Positions 28,071 to 37,874 of a stretch of 64,000 nucleotides of DNA are shown here, piece by piece; within the stretch, counting starts at the first letter, position 1; every line of letters starts with the position of its first letter. Under the pieces are notes generated by a model. It was not told the DNA's origin and searched no databases. It saw only the letters and a list, made by a program, of their open reading frames with translations. Origin of the DNA: Croceimicrobium sp. (GTDB lineage Bacteria; Bacteroidota; Bacteroidia; Flavobacteriales; Schleiferiaceae); the NCBI GenBank assembly GCA_965658275.1, contig CBFHRN010000002.1, positions 45,382 to 109,381 on the forward strand, given 5' to 3'. The position numbers and the translations under genes were made by a program.

Positions 28071-30938
28071 TTATAATTCTTGTGCGGGTAAGCGTATTAT
28101 TACCGTTGTTCCGGCCGCATCCCCAGCTTGGTTATGTTTATCTACAATCTGCAAATCGATAAACTCATCTATCGATCGCTTCAGTAATTCGATTCGGTCT
28201 TTATTAATTTGAGTAGCCATACTACGGTGGGCCTTTTTCCCAGGCAGCGACTTCGCTTTCTCCCGGCCAATCCCATCATCATCAACAACACAGCAAAGTT
28301 GGTCTTCCTCTTTAGTAAAGCTGATTTTTAAAAATCCCTTACCCTCTTTGGGTTTAATACCATGCAATATGGCATTCTCTACATGAGGTTGGATTAGCAT
28401 AGGAGGCAAACCTACATCGTAATCGATTTCATCATCCACTTCGATCTGGTAATCGAACTTATCGCTAAACCTCAGCTTTTCAAGTTCAAGATAATTCTTA
28501 AGTATGGAAACTTCGGTTTCCACAGGATGAACATGCTCCATCGATGATTCTAGGGTGAGCCTCATCAATTTTGCGAAATTATTGAGATAACGTACCGCTT
28601 GCTTGGGGTCCTTTTTGAAAATAAAACTGCTAATACTATCCAAAGCGTTGAAAATAAAATGTGGGTTCATTTGTAGTCGTAAGGCCTTTCGTTCCATTTC
28701 CATTAACTCATTCTCAAGCTTAAGTCGTTCTGCCGCTCTACGGTAACGATCCCTTAGCCAGAGATAGGCCATCAAGCCTGCGCTGAGTGCCAAAAGGGTC
28801 CAGAACCACCAGGTTCTCCAAAAGGCTGTGTGAATCACAAAATGGTAATTCGGGCCTTGTAAAACCCAATCTTGCCAGGGATACCGAGCTTGTACTTCAA
28901 AGTGATAATCCCCTGCTTTTAAATCTGTAAATAAGGCTTCACGTCGCGCACCCGCATAGGTCCAATTTTGACTTTGACCCCTCAATCGATAACGATACTG
29001 CACCCAATCAGGATAAAAAAGAGTGCGTAAACTATAATTAAAACGCAAGTAGTTTTGCTTGTAATTGAGATCCAACTCCAGAGGAATATTACTAAAAGGC
29101 TCCCTTTCTTCCATCAGATCGGCCAAGCTATCACCATCTTGCCCCAATAAATCAATATTTATAATTCCCAATTGCGAGCCCCAGGCCTGTCGCTCAAGGG
29201 CAGGGACATTCCAGACAAAAATCCCCTGATCTCCTGCAGAGATTAAGCTGTCTCCTTTCCGTAATAAACCCTGAGTGCTTACGGGGCCACCAAAGAAATG
29301 AAGACTAGCTCCTTCCTTGCCTTCCATTTTCTGCTGAACATCATTCAAAGCCAACAAACCTTTATTAGTACCCAACCATAGCTGATTATCCAACCTTAGT
29401 AGATCTCGGATCTCAGCAAATTCTAAACTCCTAAGATCATAGTGACTGCGAAGGCCCTCATTTAAGTCAAAAACAAATAAACCCTGAGCCAAACTTGCCA
29501 AGGCTAGTTGCCCATCATCGAGCAAATCAAAAGCGCTAAAGCTAATACTGTCTAACGCGAAGTCACCAATTCGGTCTAACTGCTCAAGATTCCCGGATTC
29601 CAATTTCCAAATTCCGCGAGTATAGGAAGCAAACCATAATCGTGTCTCTTGACTGCCTCGAATCCGAAATATACTTGCGCCTTCAATCACATCCGAGTCA
29701 AATTGCAAACTGGCCTTGGTTTGACCAGAGGAGTAGGACCAGATTCCATCTGAGCTTCCTATCCAAAGAGTTTCACCGTCGGTATGTAAGGAGAAAACAA
29801 AGCCTCCAACGCCTAAATTTCGGCGGTCTCCAGTATTCGGATTTAAGGCAATTAAGCCTAGTTCAGTCCCGAGAATAAGTTCTTCTTGGAAAGGCGTCAT
29901 CGTTAGAATCAAGCCTAAATTCTCAAACAAGTTGTCCGTTAAGCCTTCTCCTAAAGCCTCAAGCCCCAATGCTGTTGAGAAATAAACTTGCCCCTGCAGG
30001 TGACTCATGCTAAGAATCGGCAACTGCCTAGGGTAATGACTTTCCCAGGGACTTGATATACGGTAAAGCCCTTGGTCCCCAACTAAAATTAGCGTGGAGC
30101 TGGTTGAAATAAATGTTTCCTTTGGGAGAGCCCCTACCAAGCCGTAAGGCATTTGTAAGAGCATCTTGCCTGCACCAAAAAGTCGTAAGCCATCCGGATA
30201 AATCGCAAGTGTAAATCCATTCTCCCATTTACATCGCATCGGATTCCCAAGAGACTTGGGTAAATCAGGATAAATGCTTGGCAAAAAAATGCTGTCGTTT
30301 ATTAATAGAGGTTCCCAATTCGATTCGGAGAATTTGAGCTCATACATTTCATTTTCATGAGTATAAAAAACACCCAACTGGCTTGCGAAGATCTTGGAAT
30401 CACTGGTCAGCCCAATGTTTAAATCATAAATACTATCTACCGACCTATACCACAGCCTGCTATCTGCATGGATTAGCAAACCCTTTGGAGTGCTCAAAAT
30501 CTGGTTTATGGAAATATTGGCCTGCCATACATCTTCAAAGGCCGAACCATCGTAACTCCACAAGGTGCGACCATCGTGAAAGTATAATCTCTTACCTAGG
30601 CCATCGTAGACTATTTCTTCTAATACCGGAAAAGCATCCAATCCATAATTCTCGAAGGAGTAGCCATCAAACCGCAAAAGACCAGCGCCCTCTGATGCCA
30701 TCCAAATAAAACCATTCGGCCCCTCACAGATATCATTAATGGTAGCCGTCGGCAAACCTTCCTCCAATCCAATCCGATCGAAATGGTATTGCTGGGCATT
30801 TGCATAATAGCCGCTTATTAAAACGACTACAAATAATAAAAAACGATTTAGGCTCAGTGCGATAGGTAGTTTCGTTAGCGTTTCTAAAATTAATCTTAAG
30901 ATGGGGAAATTCATAAGCTTTTTGCTTTTTCCGCTCAT
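28071..30938 (-). CDS. LytS/YehU-type sensor histidine kinase with periplasmic beta-propeller and Y_Y_Y domain (true start probably 60-80 nt downstream of 30938)
   Basis: GLEEGLP...FIWMASEGAGLLRFDG propeller repeat; YRYRLRG...GDYHFEVQAR; TM FWRTWWFW; LQMNPHFIFNAL; PHVENAILHG; DDDGIG. Confidence 0.9.
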   Translation of the reverse strand: MSGKSKKLMNFPILRLILETLTKLPIALSLNRFLLFVVVLISGYYANAQQYHFDRIGLEEGLPTATINDICEGPNGFIWMASEGAGLLRFDGYSFENYGLDAFPVLEEIVYDGLGKRLYFHDGRTLWSYDGSAFEDVWQANISINQILSTPKGLLIHADSRLWYRSVDSIYDLNIGLTSDSKIFASQLGVFYTHENEMYELKFSESNWEPLLINDSIFLPSIYPDLPKSLGNPMRCKWENGFTLAIYPDGLRLFGAGKMLLQMPYGLVGALPKETFISTSSTLILVGDQGLYRISSPWESHYPRQLPILSMSHLQGQVYFSTALGLEALGEGLTDNLFENLGLILTMTPFQEELILGTELGLIALNPNTGDRRNLGVGGFVFSLHTDGETLWIGSSDGIWSYSSGQTKASLQFDSDVIEGASIFRIRGSQETRLWFASYTRGIWKLESGNLEQLDRIGDFALDSISFSAFDLLDDGQLALASLAQGLFVFDLNEGLRSHYDLRSLEFAEIRDLLRLDNQLWLGTNKGLLALNDVQQKMEGKEGASLHFFGGPVSTQGLLRKGDSLISAGDQGIFVWNVPALERQAWGSQLGIINIDLLGQDGDSLADLMEEREPFSNIPLELDLNYKQNYLRFNYSLRTLFYPDWVQYRYRLRGQSQNWTYAGARREALFTDLKAGDYHFEVQARYPWQDWVLQGPNYHFVIHTAFWRTWWFWTLLALSAGLMAYLWLRDRYRRAAERLKLENELMEMERKALRLQMNPHFIFNALDSISSFIFKKDPKQAVRYLNNFAKLMRLTLESSMEHVHPVETEVSILKNYLELEKLRFSDKFDYQIEVDDEIDYDVGLPPMLIQPHVENAILHGIKPKEGKGFLKISFTKEEDQLCCVVDDDGIGREKAKSLPGKKAHRSMATQINKDRIELLKRSIDEFIDLQIVDKHNQAGDAAGTTVIIRLPAQEL

Positions 30939-31671
30939 GCTAATTAGCCAGAGTAGTAGTCAAGAGCTGGCTTTAGGCGGTTTAGGCAGAAGCCTTAATA
31001 GCGCCCGCATAGGCTCGCAGAACATTTGCTCTTTTAATGAAAGCCACTTCCTTACTATTGGTGTCCACCACCTTCAAAGGGCAGGATTAAAAGACTTTAA
31101 TCGTGAAATAATAAGTGTATTTCGAAACCTAGACAAAAGAAGCTATTTAGCTTCATATCAACATTTTGGCAATAATTTCTATCAAGAAAATCAACTTCAA
31201 ATACAATCAGGAATTCAAGTCTTAGATGACCTAAAAATAGGAATGGGCGGCCTCATTAAAAGAGTCCAAAAAATTGAAGTTGGAACGGAATATCAACCCG
31301 CCATTGAGCTACTTCTAAACGCAGGTATAAGCACAAAAATCAACTGCTTCTTTAATTACCGGCTCGACTGGAGCGATGAGTTAACGAAACAAATGATTAA
31401 TAGCGAATTTGTTTGGTGGGCCAAAGACAGGCTAGCCGTCTTAGGTGGTTTTCAGTTTGACTTTCAGGACAGCGAAATCTTGCAATTCGCTTGGCTTTAC
31501 ACGCTTCATAAAGACCTCCAAATCCAACAAGCTTTCTCCTTTGCGGACGAAAGGACATTTCACTTCGGACTTACTTTTCGATGGCATGCATGGACTTTAC
31601 AATTAGCTTATTCCTATCAAGAGCTAAGTGCTAGTCGAATCGGTCTATCCCTGTTTCATTTATGGAAATGA
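30901..31671 (+). CDS. Hypothetical outer-membrane beta-barrel protein
   Basis: Signal-like N-terminus, alternating amphipathic strands, aromatic C-terminal strand; precedes the HhH-domain barrel gene. Confidence 0.55.
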   Translation: MGKFISFLLFPLMLISQSSSQELALGGLGRSLNSARIGSQNICSFNESHFLTIGVHHLQRAGLKDFNREIISVFRNLDKRSYLASYQHFGNNFYQENQLQIQSGIQVLDDLKIGMGGLIKRVQKIEVGTEYQPAIELLLNAGISTKINCFFNYRLDWSDELTKQMINSEFVWWAKDRLAVLGGFQFDFQDSEILQFAWLYTLHKDLQIQQAFSFADERTFHFGLTFRWHAWTLQLAYSYQELSASRIGLSLFHLWK

Positions 31672-33653
31672 AATATGCTCATCTCATTTGGTATTGCTTG
31701 TTGTGCTTTTTAGGCTTGGCTCAGGAAGATCTTAATTTCGAGGTGCTTGCTGACGGTTTTAATGCATCTGACATGAATCAGTGGGCGGACCATTTTGAAG
31801 AGCTGAAGCTAGAAAAAATCAACCTTAATTTCTGCACTGTCGATGAGTTAAGGGCAAGTCAACTTTTAAATATTTTTCAAATCAACAATCTCATCCAGTA
31901 TCGTGAAAGGAGCGGCAAAATCTACAGTTTGGCAGAATTAAAGCAAGTCAAAGGTTTTTCATTCGAAATTATTGAAACGCTAAAACCCTATTTAGACTTA
32001 AACCCTCGAAATCCGAAACCCAAGATTTACCCAATTTGGGATAAAAATTTTAGTCAGCACGAAATAATCTGGCGCTGGTCTAGAGATGTGAATGAAAGGC
32101 GCGCCTATGCTGAAAAACACTATCTAGGTGATGCTTGGGACAGTAATTTACGCTATCGGTATCAAAATGGTCGCCATCTCCGAATGGGACTAAACTTACA
32201 AAAAGACCCCGGGGAACCTTGGAAATCCCCGTCTAACTTCTTAGGTCATGACCATAGCTCCTTTTATCTCCAACTGAAAAGACTGGGAAGAATTGAAAAG
32301 ATAATCGCGGGGGATTTTCGCTACGAGTTTGGTCAGGGATTATGCTTGCAATCTGGCTCCATTGGATCAACTATTTCAAGCTCGGACCTTAAATTATACC
32401 CAAAAGGCGCGAAAGCCTATGCGGGAAGTGATGAAAACCACTTTTTCCGAGGTACTGCCCTAAGCTTAAAAATTAAAGATGCTTGGCGGGTTTCCTCATT
32501 CCTATCCATTAAAAAACAAGATGGCAGAATTGACTCCAATTTATGGGCTTATGATTACACAACAGTAGCATCGGGATTACATAGAACCCCAGCGGAATTC
32601 GAGCAAAAAAACCTATTTCTGCGAAAAAGCTGGGGATTTGATTTTCAATTTGAAACTCAAAGTTGGCAGTGGGGCCTGCTCTTTTTTAATGAAACCCTAT
32701 CATCGCCTATTCAAGAGCTTGCAGAAGAAAGCCTTGAAAAACATAATCATGCCCTTTCCCTACATTGGAATTACCTAAAGCGCGGCTTCAATTTTTTTGG
32801 AGAAATATCAAATCCAACTTCACTAAACCCTCGCGATTGCTCATTTTTAACCGGCTTTCAAATGCCTTGGACACCACAAATTAATGCGGCTATATCCTTT
32901 TTCTCACTTTCAAATTCTGAAATAAGCGCTTGGGCCGGAAACCCCCACTTGGCAAAAAATGTTAGTGGTGAACAGGGCTTTAAGCTAAACTTAAGTGGCG
33001 CTTGGAATAGTACTCAACAATCCATTCTACAAGCTCAGTTTAGCCAATTCAGCAGCCCTACTTTTCTAAATGAAGGCCCGGGAACACAAACCAACTTGAG
33101 CATAAATCATAAAATCATCGGAAACAGCTGGAGTCTTCAATTCAACTCCCAGTATCGTCATGAAAGGTTCCAACAGGCGGAACCCGAAAAACTAGAATTA
33201 AGGCCGTCCAATGATTACAAGAGTCTTACTCAACTTCAATTACAAAAGTTCTTAAATCGTTATTTCAGCTTAAAAGCGAGACTGAGCTTTAGCCAAAGTA
33301 GAAAAGGAAGCTCCACTAGAATTAAAGGCTATCTTACCAATATCGCTCTAGAAATAAGTAAGGCAAGCATTAAGCTAAAAACTGGTTTCGCCTTTTCAAA
33401 AGTGGGTCATTGGGATAGTCGAATATACCTTTTCGAACCCGATTTTCCCTTTAGCTTTTCCATCCCAGCCTTCGGGGGTCATGCCTTAAGGAATTATCTT
33501 CTTATTCAATTTCCTATTACCAGCCTAGCACAAGTTCACCTTAAATCCTCTATTTGGCACTACTTTGACCGAAATACAATAAGCTCGGGTTGGCAAGAAA
33601 TTACTGGCCCAAAACACCTAAATTTAAAATTTGCTTTGAGGATTAAAATATAA
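31662..33653 (+). CDS. Helix-hairpin-helix (ComEA-like) domain protein with C-terminal beta-barrel
   Basis: KINLNFCTVDELR...YRERSGKIYSLAELKQVKGFS (ComEA-type HhH); LQKDPGE, IIAGDFRYEFGQGL; beta-strand C-terminus. Confidence 0.75.
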   Translation: MEMKYAHLIWYCLLCFLGLAQEDLNFEVLADGFNASDMNQWADHFEELKLEKINLNFCTVDELRASQLLNIFQINNLIQYRERSGKIYSLAELKQVKGFSFEIIETLKPYLDLNPRNPKPKIYPIWDKNFSQHEIIWRWSRDVNERRAYAEKHYLGDAWDSNLRYRYQNGRHLRMGLNLQKDPGEPWKSPSNFLGHDHSSFYLQLKRLGRIEKIIAGDFRYEFGQGLCLQSGSIGSTISSSDLKLYPKGAKAYAGSDENHFFRGTALSLKIKDAWRVSSFLSIKKQDGRIDSNLWAYDYTTVASGLHRTPAEFEQKNLFLRKSWGFDFQFETQSWQWGLLFFNETLSSPIQELAEESLEKHNHALSLHWNYLKRGFNFFGEISNPTSLNPRDCSFLTGFQMPWTPQINAAISFFSLSNSEISAWAGNPHLAKNVSGEQGFKLNLSGAWNSTQQSILQAQFSQFSSPTFLNEGPGTQTNLSINHKIIGNSWSLQFNSQYRHERFQQAEPEKLELRPSNDYKSLTQLQLQKFLNRYFSLKARLSFSQSRKGSSTRIKGYLTNIALEISKASIKLKTGFAFSKVGHWDSRIYLFEPDFPFSFSIPAFGGHALRNYLLIQFPITSLAQVHLKSSIWHYFDRNTISSGWQEITGPKHLNLKFALRIKI

Positions 33654-33671
33654 TTTTAAGTTTCCCTGTTC

Positions 33672-33696
33672 AGGAGGTGAATAACGTACCTCTTTT
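33672..33696 (+). terminator. Possible weak intrinsic terminator after the HhH gene
   Basis: AGGAGGT-N9-ACCTCTT stem (one G-U pair) followed by a short T run. Confidence 0.35.
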
Positions 33697-33724
33697 CATT
33701 ATTAATTTGCATAAAATTTAAACT

Positions 33725-34243
33725 ATGCTTTCAGAAAAATTAAGTGAGGCTCTCAATAATCAAATTCAAGTTGAAGCGGAGTCTTCTCAAGTATATTTAG
33801 CCATGGCATCTTGGGCCGAAGTGCAAGGCCTGGAAGGAGTGGCTTCATTCATGTACGAGCAATCGGATGAAGAAAGACAGCACATGCTTAAATTGGTGAA
33901 GTTCGTGAACGAGCGCGGGGGCCATGCTAAAGTTTCCACTTTAAAGGCACCAAAGGCTGAATTTGGCACTTTCCGTGATATGTTCCAGGAGTTATACGAT
34001 CATGAAATTATGGTTTCCAAAAGCATTAATGAACTAGTGCACACCACCTTGGAAGAAAAAGATTATGCCACACATAATTTCTTACAATGGTATGTAGCCG
34101 AACAAATAGAAGAAGAGGCGGTAGCACGTACCATCTTAGATAAAATCAATTTGATTGGAAACGACAAAGGTGGTCTTTATCTATTTGACCGAGATATCCA
34201 GCAGTTGACCGTAGAAAGTGCGGCTTCTGAAAATCCACAATAA
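33725..34243 (+). CDS. ftnA: Ferritin (non-heme)
   Basis: LNNQIQVEAESSQVYLAMASW, QSDEERQHM, FLQWYVAEQIEEE ferroxidase residues. Confidence 0.93.
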   Translation: MLSEKLSEALNNQIQVEAESSQVYLAMASWAEVQGLEGVASFMYEQSDEERQHMLKLVKFVNERGGHAKVSTLKAPKAEFGTFRDMFQELYDHEIMVSKSINELVHTTLEEKDYATHNFLQWYVAEQIEEEAVARTILDKINLIGNDKGGLYLFDRDIQQLTVESAASENPQ

Positions 34244-34257
34244 GTAGTCTGTATAGG

Positions 34258-35661
34258 ATGAAAAACACGTATTTCGATCTTATTGATCAGAGTTATTACT
34301 TCCCTCAAGAGGGATTTGATTTACGCGATGAATACCTAACCTTCCATGGTATTTCTCTGAAACATTTGATTGATAAATATGGAACCCCTTTCCGTTTTAT
34401 TTATCTCCCAAAAATCGGCGATCAGATTAAAAAAGCGCGAAACCTTTTTAATCGGGCTATTAAACGATCCAGCTTTAAGGGGACCTACGAGTTTTGCTAC
34501 TGCACCAAGTGCAATCACTTCTCTCATGTTGTAAGCGAAGCTTTAAAGCACAATGTGAACCTCGAAACTTCTTCATCCTTTGATATTGACTTAATCCTCA
34601 ACTTATACAAGGAAGGGAAATTTACGAAGGACCGATTCATTGTAAATAATGGCTACAAGACCGATGATTATTTACAGAAGATCGTGAAGATGCACGAATT
34701 GGGTTTTGAGAATATCATTGTGGTCTTGGACTCAATGAGCGAATTGAAACGCTTAATGACCTTTGCTGGTGACAACAAAATCAAGATTGGCTTGAGGATG
34801 GCTATCAACGAAGAGCCCCAATCCAGCTACTATACTTCTCGCTTAGGGATTCGCCATAACGAAATGCTGGACTTTTACGACAATCACATTAAGAATAACC
34901 CTCAGGTTGAACTTAAAATGCTGCACTTCTTTGTAGACAGCGGTATTAAGGACAGCCTTTATTATTGGGGAGAGTTCCAGCGTGCGATGAAGCTTTACAT
35001 CGAATTGAAAAAGCGCGCTGCAGGATTAACCCACTTTAATTTGGGAGGTGGTTTTCCAATTCGAAACAATCTAGGCTTTGAGTATGACTACGAATATATG
35101 ATTCGTGAAATCGTGCAAAACATAAGTGATGCTTGCGATGCCGAAGAAGTTCCACATCCCAATATTTTTACCGAATTCGGAAAATACACGGTAGGTGAAG
35201 CGGGAGCAATAATCTTTAAGGTACTCGAGCAAAAAAAGCAAAACGATACCGAAAGTTGGTACATCATCAACAATAGCTTAATGAATACCATTCCCGATGC
35301 TTGGAGCATTCATGAAAAATTCATTCTACTTCCCATCAACAAATGGGACCGTGAATACCAAAGGGTTAATATCGGAGGAATATCTTGCGATCACTCTGAC
35401 TATTATAATTCAGATGAGCTTAACCAGGAAGTGATGCTCCCTCAGTACGAAAGTCATGAGGACGAACCTCTTTATTTAGGCTTTTTCCATACTGGGGCCT
35501 ATCAAGACGCCATTAGCGGTTACGGCGGCATTAAACATTGCTTAATCCCTTCCCCAAAACACGTAATCATTGACAGAGATGAAAAGGGGAATATCGTTGA
35601 TTATGTATACCGTAATGAGCAATCGGCAGAGGAAATGTTTAAGCTATTAGGTTACAAATGA
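34258..35661 (+). CDS. speA: PLP fold-III decarboxylase, short Bacteroidota-type arginine decarboxylase
   Basis: YCTK (PLP Lys), SRLG, LHFF, NLGGGFP, FTEFG, GAYQ; directly upstream of agmatinase. Confidence 0.8.
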   Translation: MKNTYFDLIDQSYYFPQEGFDLRDEYLTFHGISLKHLIDKYGTPFRFIYLPKIGDQIKKARNLFNRAIKRSSFKGTYEFCYCTKCNHFSHVVSEALKHNVNLETSSSFDIDLILNLYKEGKFTKDRFIVNNGYKTDDYLQKIVKMHELGFENIIVVLDSMSELKRLMTFAGDNKIKIGLRMAINEEPQSSYYTSRLGIRHNEMLDFYDNHIKNNPQVELKMLHFFVDSGIKDSLYYWGEFQRAMKLYIELKKRAAGLTHFNLGGGFPIRNNLGFEYDYEYMIREIVQNISDACDAEEVPHPNIFTEFGKYTVGEAGAIIFKVLEQKKQNDTESWYIINNSLMNTIPDAWSIHEKFILLPINKWDREYQRVNIGGISCDHSDYYNSDELNQEVMLPQYESHEDEPLYLGFFHTGAYQDAISGYGGIKHCLIPSPKHVIIDRDEKGNIVDYVYRNEQSAEEMFKLLGYK

Positions 35662-36509
35662 GAATATACGCTGGAGTAGAAGAACACTGGGGTGAATTTG
35701 AGAAAGCTAAAATCCTTTTGCAATCCATCCCCTACGATGGCACCAGTACTTGGGGGAAAGGGGCAGACCAAGGCTTTGAAGCGTTTTTAGATGCCACCGA
35801 TAATATGGAGGTCTACGATATTGAAACTGATTCGGAAGTATACCGACAGGGGGTTCATATTTTGGAACCGATAAAGGAAGACCGCAGCCCGGAAGAGGTT
35901 TTTAAAGCCGTTTATGCCAAAACTTCGGAACTTCTTAAAACAGGAAAATACCTCACTTTTTTCGGTGGAGAACACAGCGTAAGCATTGGTGTCATTAAAG
36001 CTTTTTACGAAAAGTACGATAATCTCAGTGTTTTGCAGTTAGACGCCCATGCGGACCTACGCCCCGAATACCATGGCAGTCCCTACAACCATGCCTGTGC
36101 GGTTTACGACGCTAGCCAAAATTGCAATTTGGTGCAGGTAGGAATTCGTAGTATGGATCGAGAGGAAAAAGAATACGTTCAGGAAGGAAATTGCTTCTAC
36201 GCTCACGAAATGTGGGAGAACAATAATTGGATGGAAGAATCTATTTCTCGATTGGGAGAAAAGGTTTATCTAACTATAGACCTCGATGCCTTTGACCCAT
36301 CCCTATTAGCCGCAACCGGAACACCTGAGCCCGGCGGCATAGCATGGTATGAAACTCTAAAATACTTGCGTAAAGTTTTCAAGGAAAGAGATGTGGTAGG
36401 CTTTGACATAGTTGAACTAGCTCCAGAAATGGCCCATAAAGCCTCTAACTTCTTGGCCGCTAAACTTTATTATAAACTTTTAAGCTACAAGTTCGAAGAT
36501 GGAAAATAA
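35658..36509 (+). CDS. speB: Agmatinase
   Basis: GGEHS, LDAHADLR, IDLDAFDP, TGTPEPGG ureohydrolase metal motifs. Confidence 0.93.
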   Translation: MRIYAGVEEHWGEFEKAKILLQSIPYDGTSTWGKGADQGFEAFLDATDNMEVYDIETDSEVYRQGVHILEPIKEDRSPEEVFKAVYAKTSELLKTGKYLTFFGGEHSVSIGVIKAFYEKYDNLSVLQLDAHADLRPEYHGSPYNHACAVYDASQNCNLVQVGIRSMDREEKEYVQEGNCFYAHEMWENNNWMEESISRLGEKVYLTIDLDAFDPSLLAATGTPEPGGIAWYETLKYLRKVFKERDVVGFDIVELAPEMAHKASNFLAAKLYYKLLSYKFEDGK

Positions 36510-37476
36510 GGGACCGATTGGCCAGTTTATGCTGGAACATTACAAGCACTTTAATGCAGCCGCTTTAGTAGATGCCGCGAAAGGCTATGAAAAGCATCTT
36601 GAGGAAGGTAAAAAGATGATGATTACCCTCGCTGGCGCGATGAGTACGGCTGAACTTGGTAAATCCTTGGCGGAAATGATACGTCAGGATAAAGTGCAAA
36701 TAATCTCCTGCACAGGTGCCAACTTGGAGGAAGACCTCATGAATTTAGTAGCACACAGCCACTACGAACGAGTACCTCATTATCGTGATCTTACTCCGCA
36801 GGAAGAATGGGACCTTCTGGAAAGAGGATTAAATAGGGTCACCGATACTTGCATTCCTGAGGAAGAGGCTTTTCGACGCCTGCAAAGTCACATCTTTGAA
36901 ATCTGGAAAGAAGCAGAAACAAAAGGGGAACGCTTTTTCCCACATGAATTCATGTATAAATTACTGAATTCCGGTGTCTTACAGCAGTATTATGAAATCG
37001 ATCCCAAAAACTCCTGGATGCTTGCGGCCGCTGAGAAGAACCTTCCGATTATTGTACCAGGTTGGGAAGATTCTACTATGGGTAACATCTTCGCTTCCTA
37101 CTGTTTGAAGGGAGAACTGCAACCCAGCACGATGAAGTCGGGCATAGAATACATGACATTTTTAGCGGAATGGTATACCGCTAACGCAGGAACCGAAGGT
37201 ATCGGCTTTTTTCAAATTGGTGGAGGAATTGCGGGTGACTTCCCTATCTGCGTAGTTCCCATGTTGTACCAAGATATGGAGCGAACCGACACCCCATTCT
37301 GGTCCTATTTCTGTCAAATAAGTGATAGTACTACTAGTTATGGTTCTTATTCTGGTGCAGTGCCCAATGAGAAAATCACTTGGGGTAAGCTAGACATAAA
37401 TACACCCAAGTTTATTGTAGAATCTGATGCTACAATAGTTGCACCTCTTTTATTTGGCTACCTTTTAGGCTGGTAA
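36499..37476 (+). CDS. Deoxyhypusine synthase-like protein (probable homospermidine synthase, SpeY-like)
   Basis: LAGAMST, SCTGAN, IGGG, SYSGAVPNEKITWGK (catalytic Lys retained), ESDATIVAPL. Confidence 0.88.
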   Translation: MENKGPIGQFMLEHYKHFNAAALVDAAKGYEKHLEEGKKMMITLAGAMSTAELGKSLAEMIRQDKVQIISCTGANLEEDLMNLVAHSHYERVPHYRDLTPQEEWDLLERGLNRVTDTCIPEEEAFRRLQSHIFEIWKEAETKGERFFPHEFMYKLLNSGVLQQYYEIDPKNSWMLAAAEKNLPIIVPGWEDSTMGNIFASYCLKGELQPSTMKSGIEYMTFLAEWYTANAGTEGIGFFQIGGGIAGDFPICVVPMLYQDMERTDTPFWSYFCQISDSTTSYGSYSGAVPNEKITWGKLDINTPKFIVESDATIVAPLLFGYLLGW

Positions 37477-37480
37477 GCCA

Positions 37481-37807
37481 CTGTATGGAAGAGCAAAAAA
37501 TTGAAAATATTGAGCTAGCTTATTTAAGGTTCCTGTATATCAAAACATGAGAATTCTAAATATGCCCCGTTTTAAAGGGCAACTATTTTTCCCCTTTACC
37601 GATTTAAGTAGCGGTTTTGGTTCCTATGGGGGCGGCCGTTACATCGACTTACACATTCCTCCAAGTGATTCTATTTTAATCGATTTCAACCGCAGTTACA
37701 ACCCATATTGCGCTTATAATGGTCGTTACTCTTGCCCTATTCCCCCGAGGGAAAATCATATTAACTTCGAAATCACAGCAGGAGTGCGTTATACCATAAA
37801 ACATTGA
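37481..37807 (+). pseudogene. 5'-truncated DUF1684-family gene (C-terminal ~86 aa intact from ATG 37547)
   Basis: LFFPFTDLSSGFGSYGGGRYID and DFNRSYNPYCAYNGRYSCPIPPREN are C-terminal DUF1684 motifs. The upstream frame continues (LYGRAK..FKVPVYQ) through two in-frame TGA codons (37502, 37511). No N-terminal half or signal peptide. Confidence 0.55.
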
Positions 37808-37874
37808 TAATGTAAATAAAGCATTGCGATTCAAATAATTAGTCGACCTTTGCAGCCAATTAAATATTAGTTTT

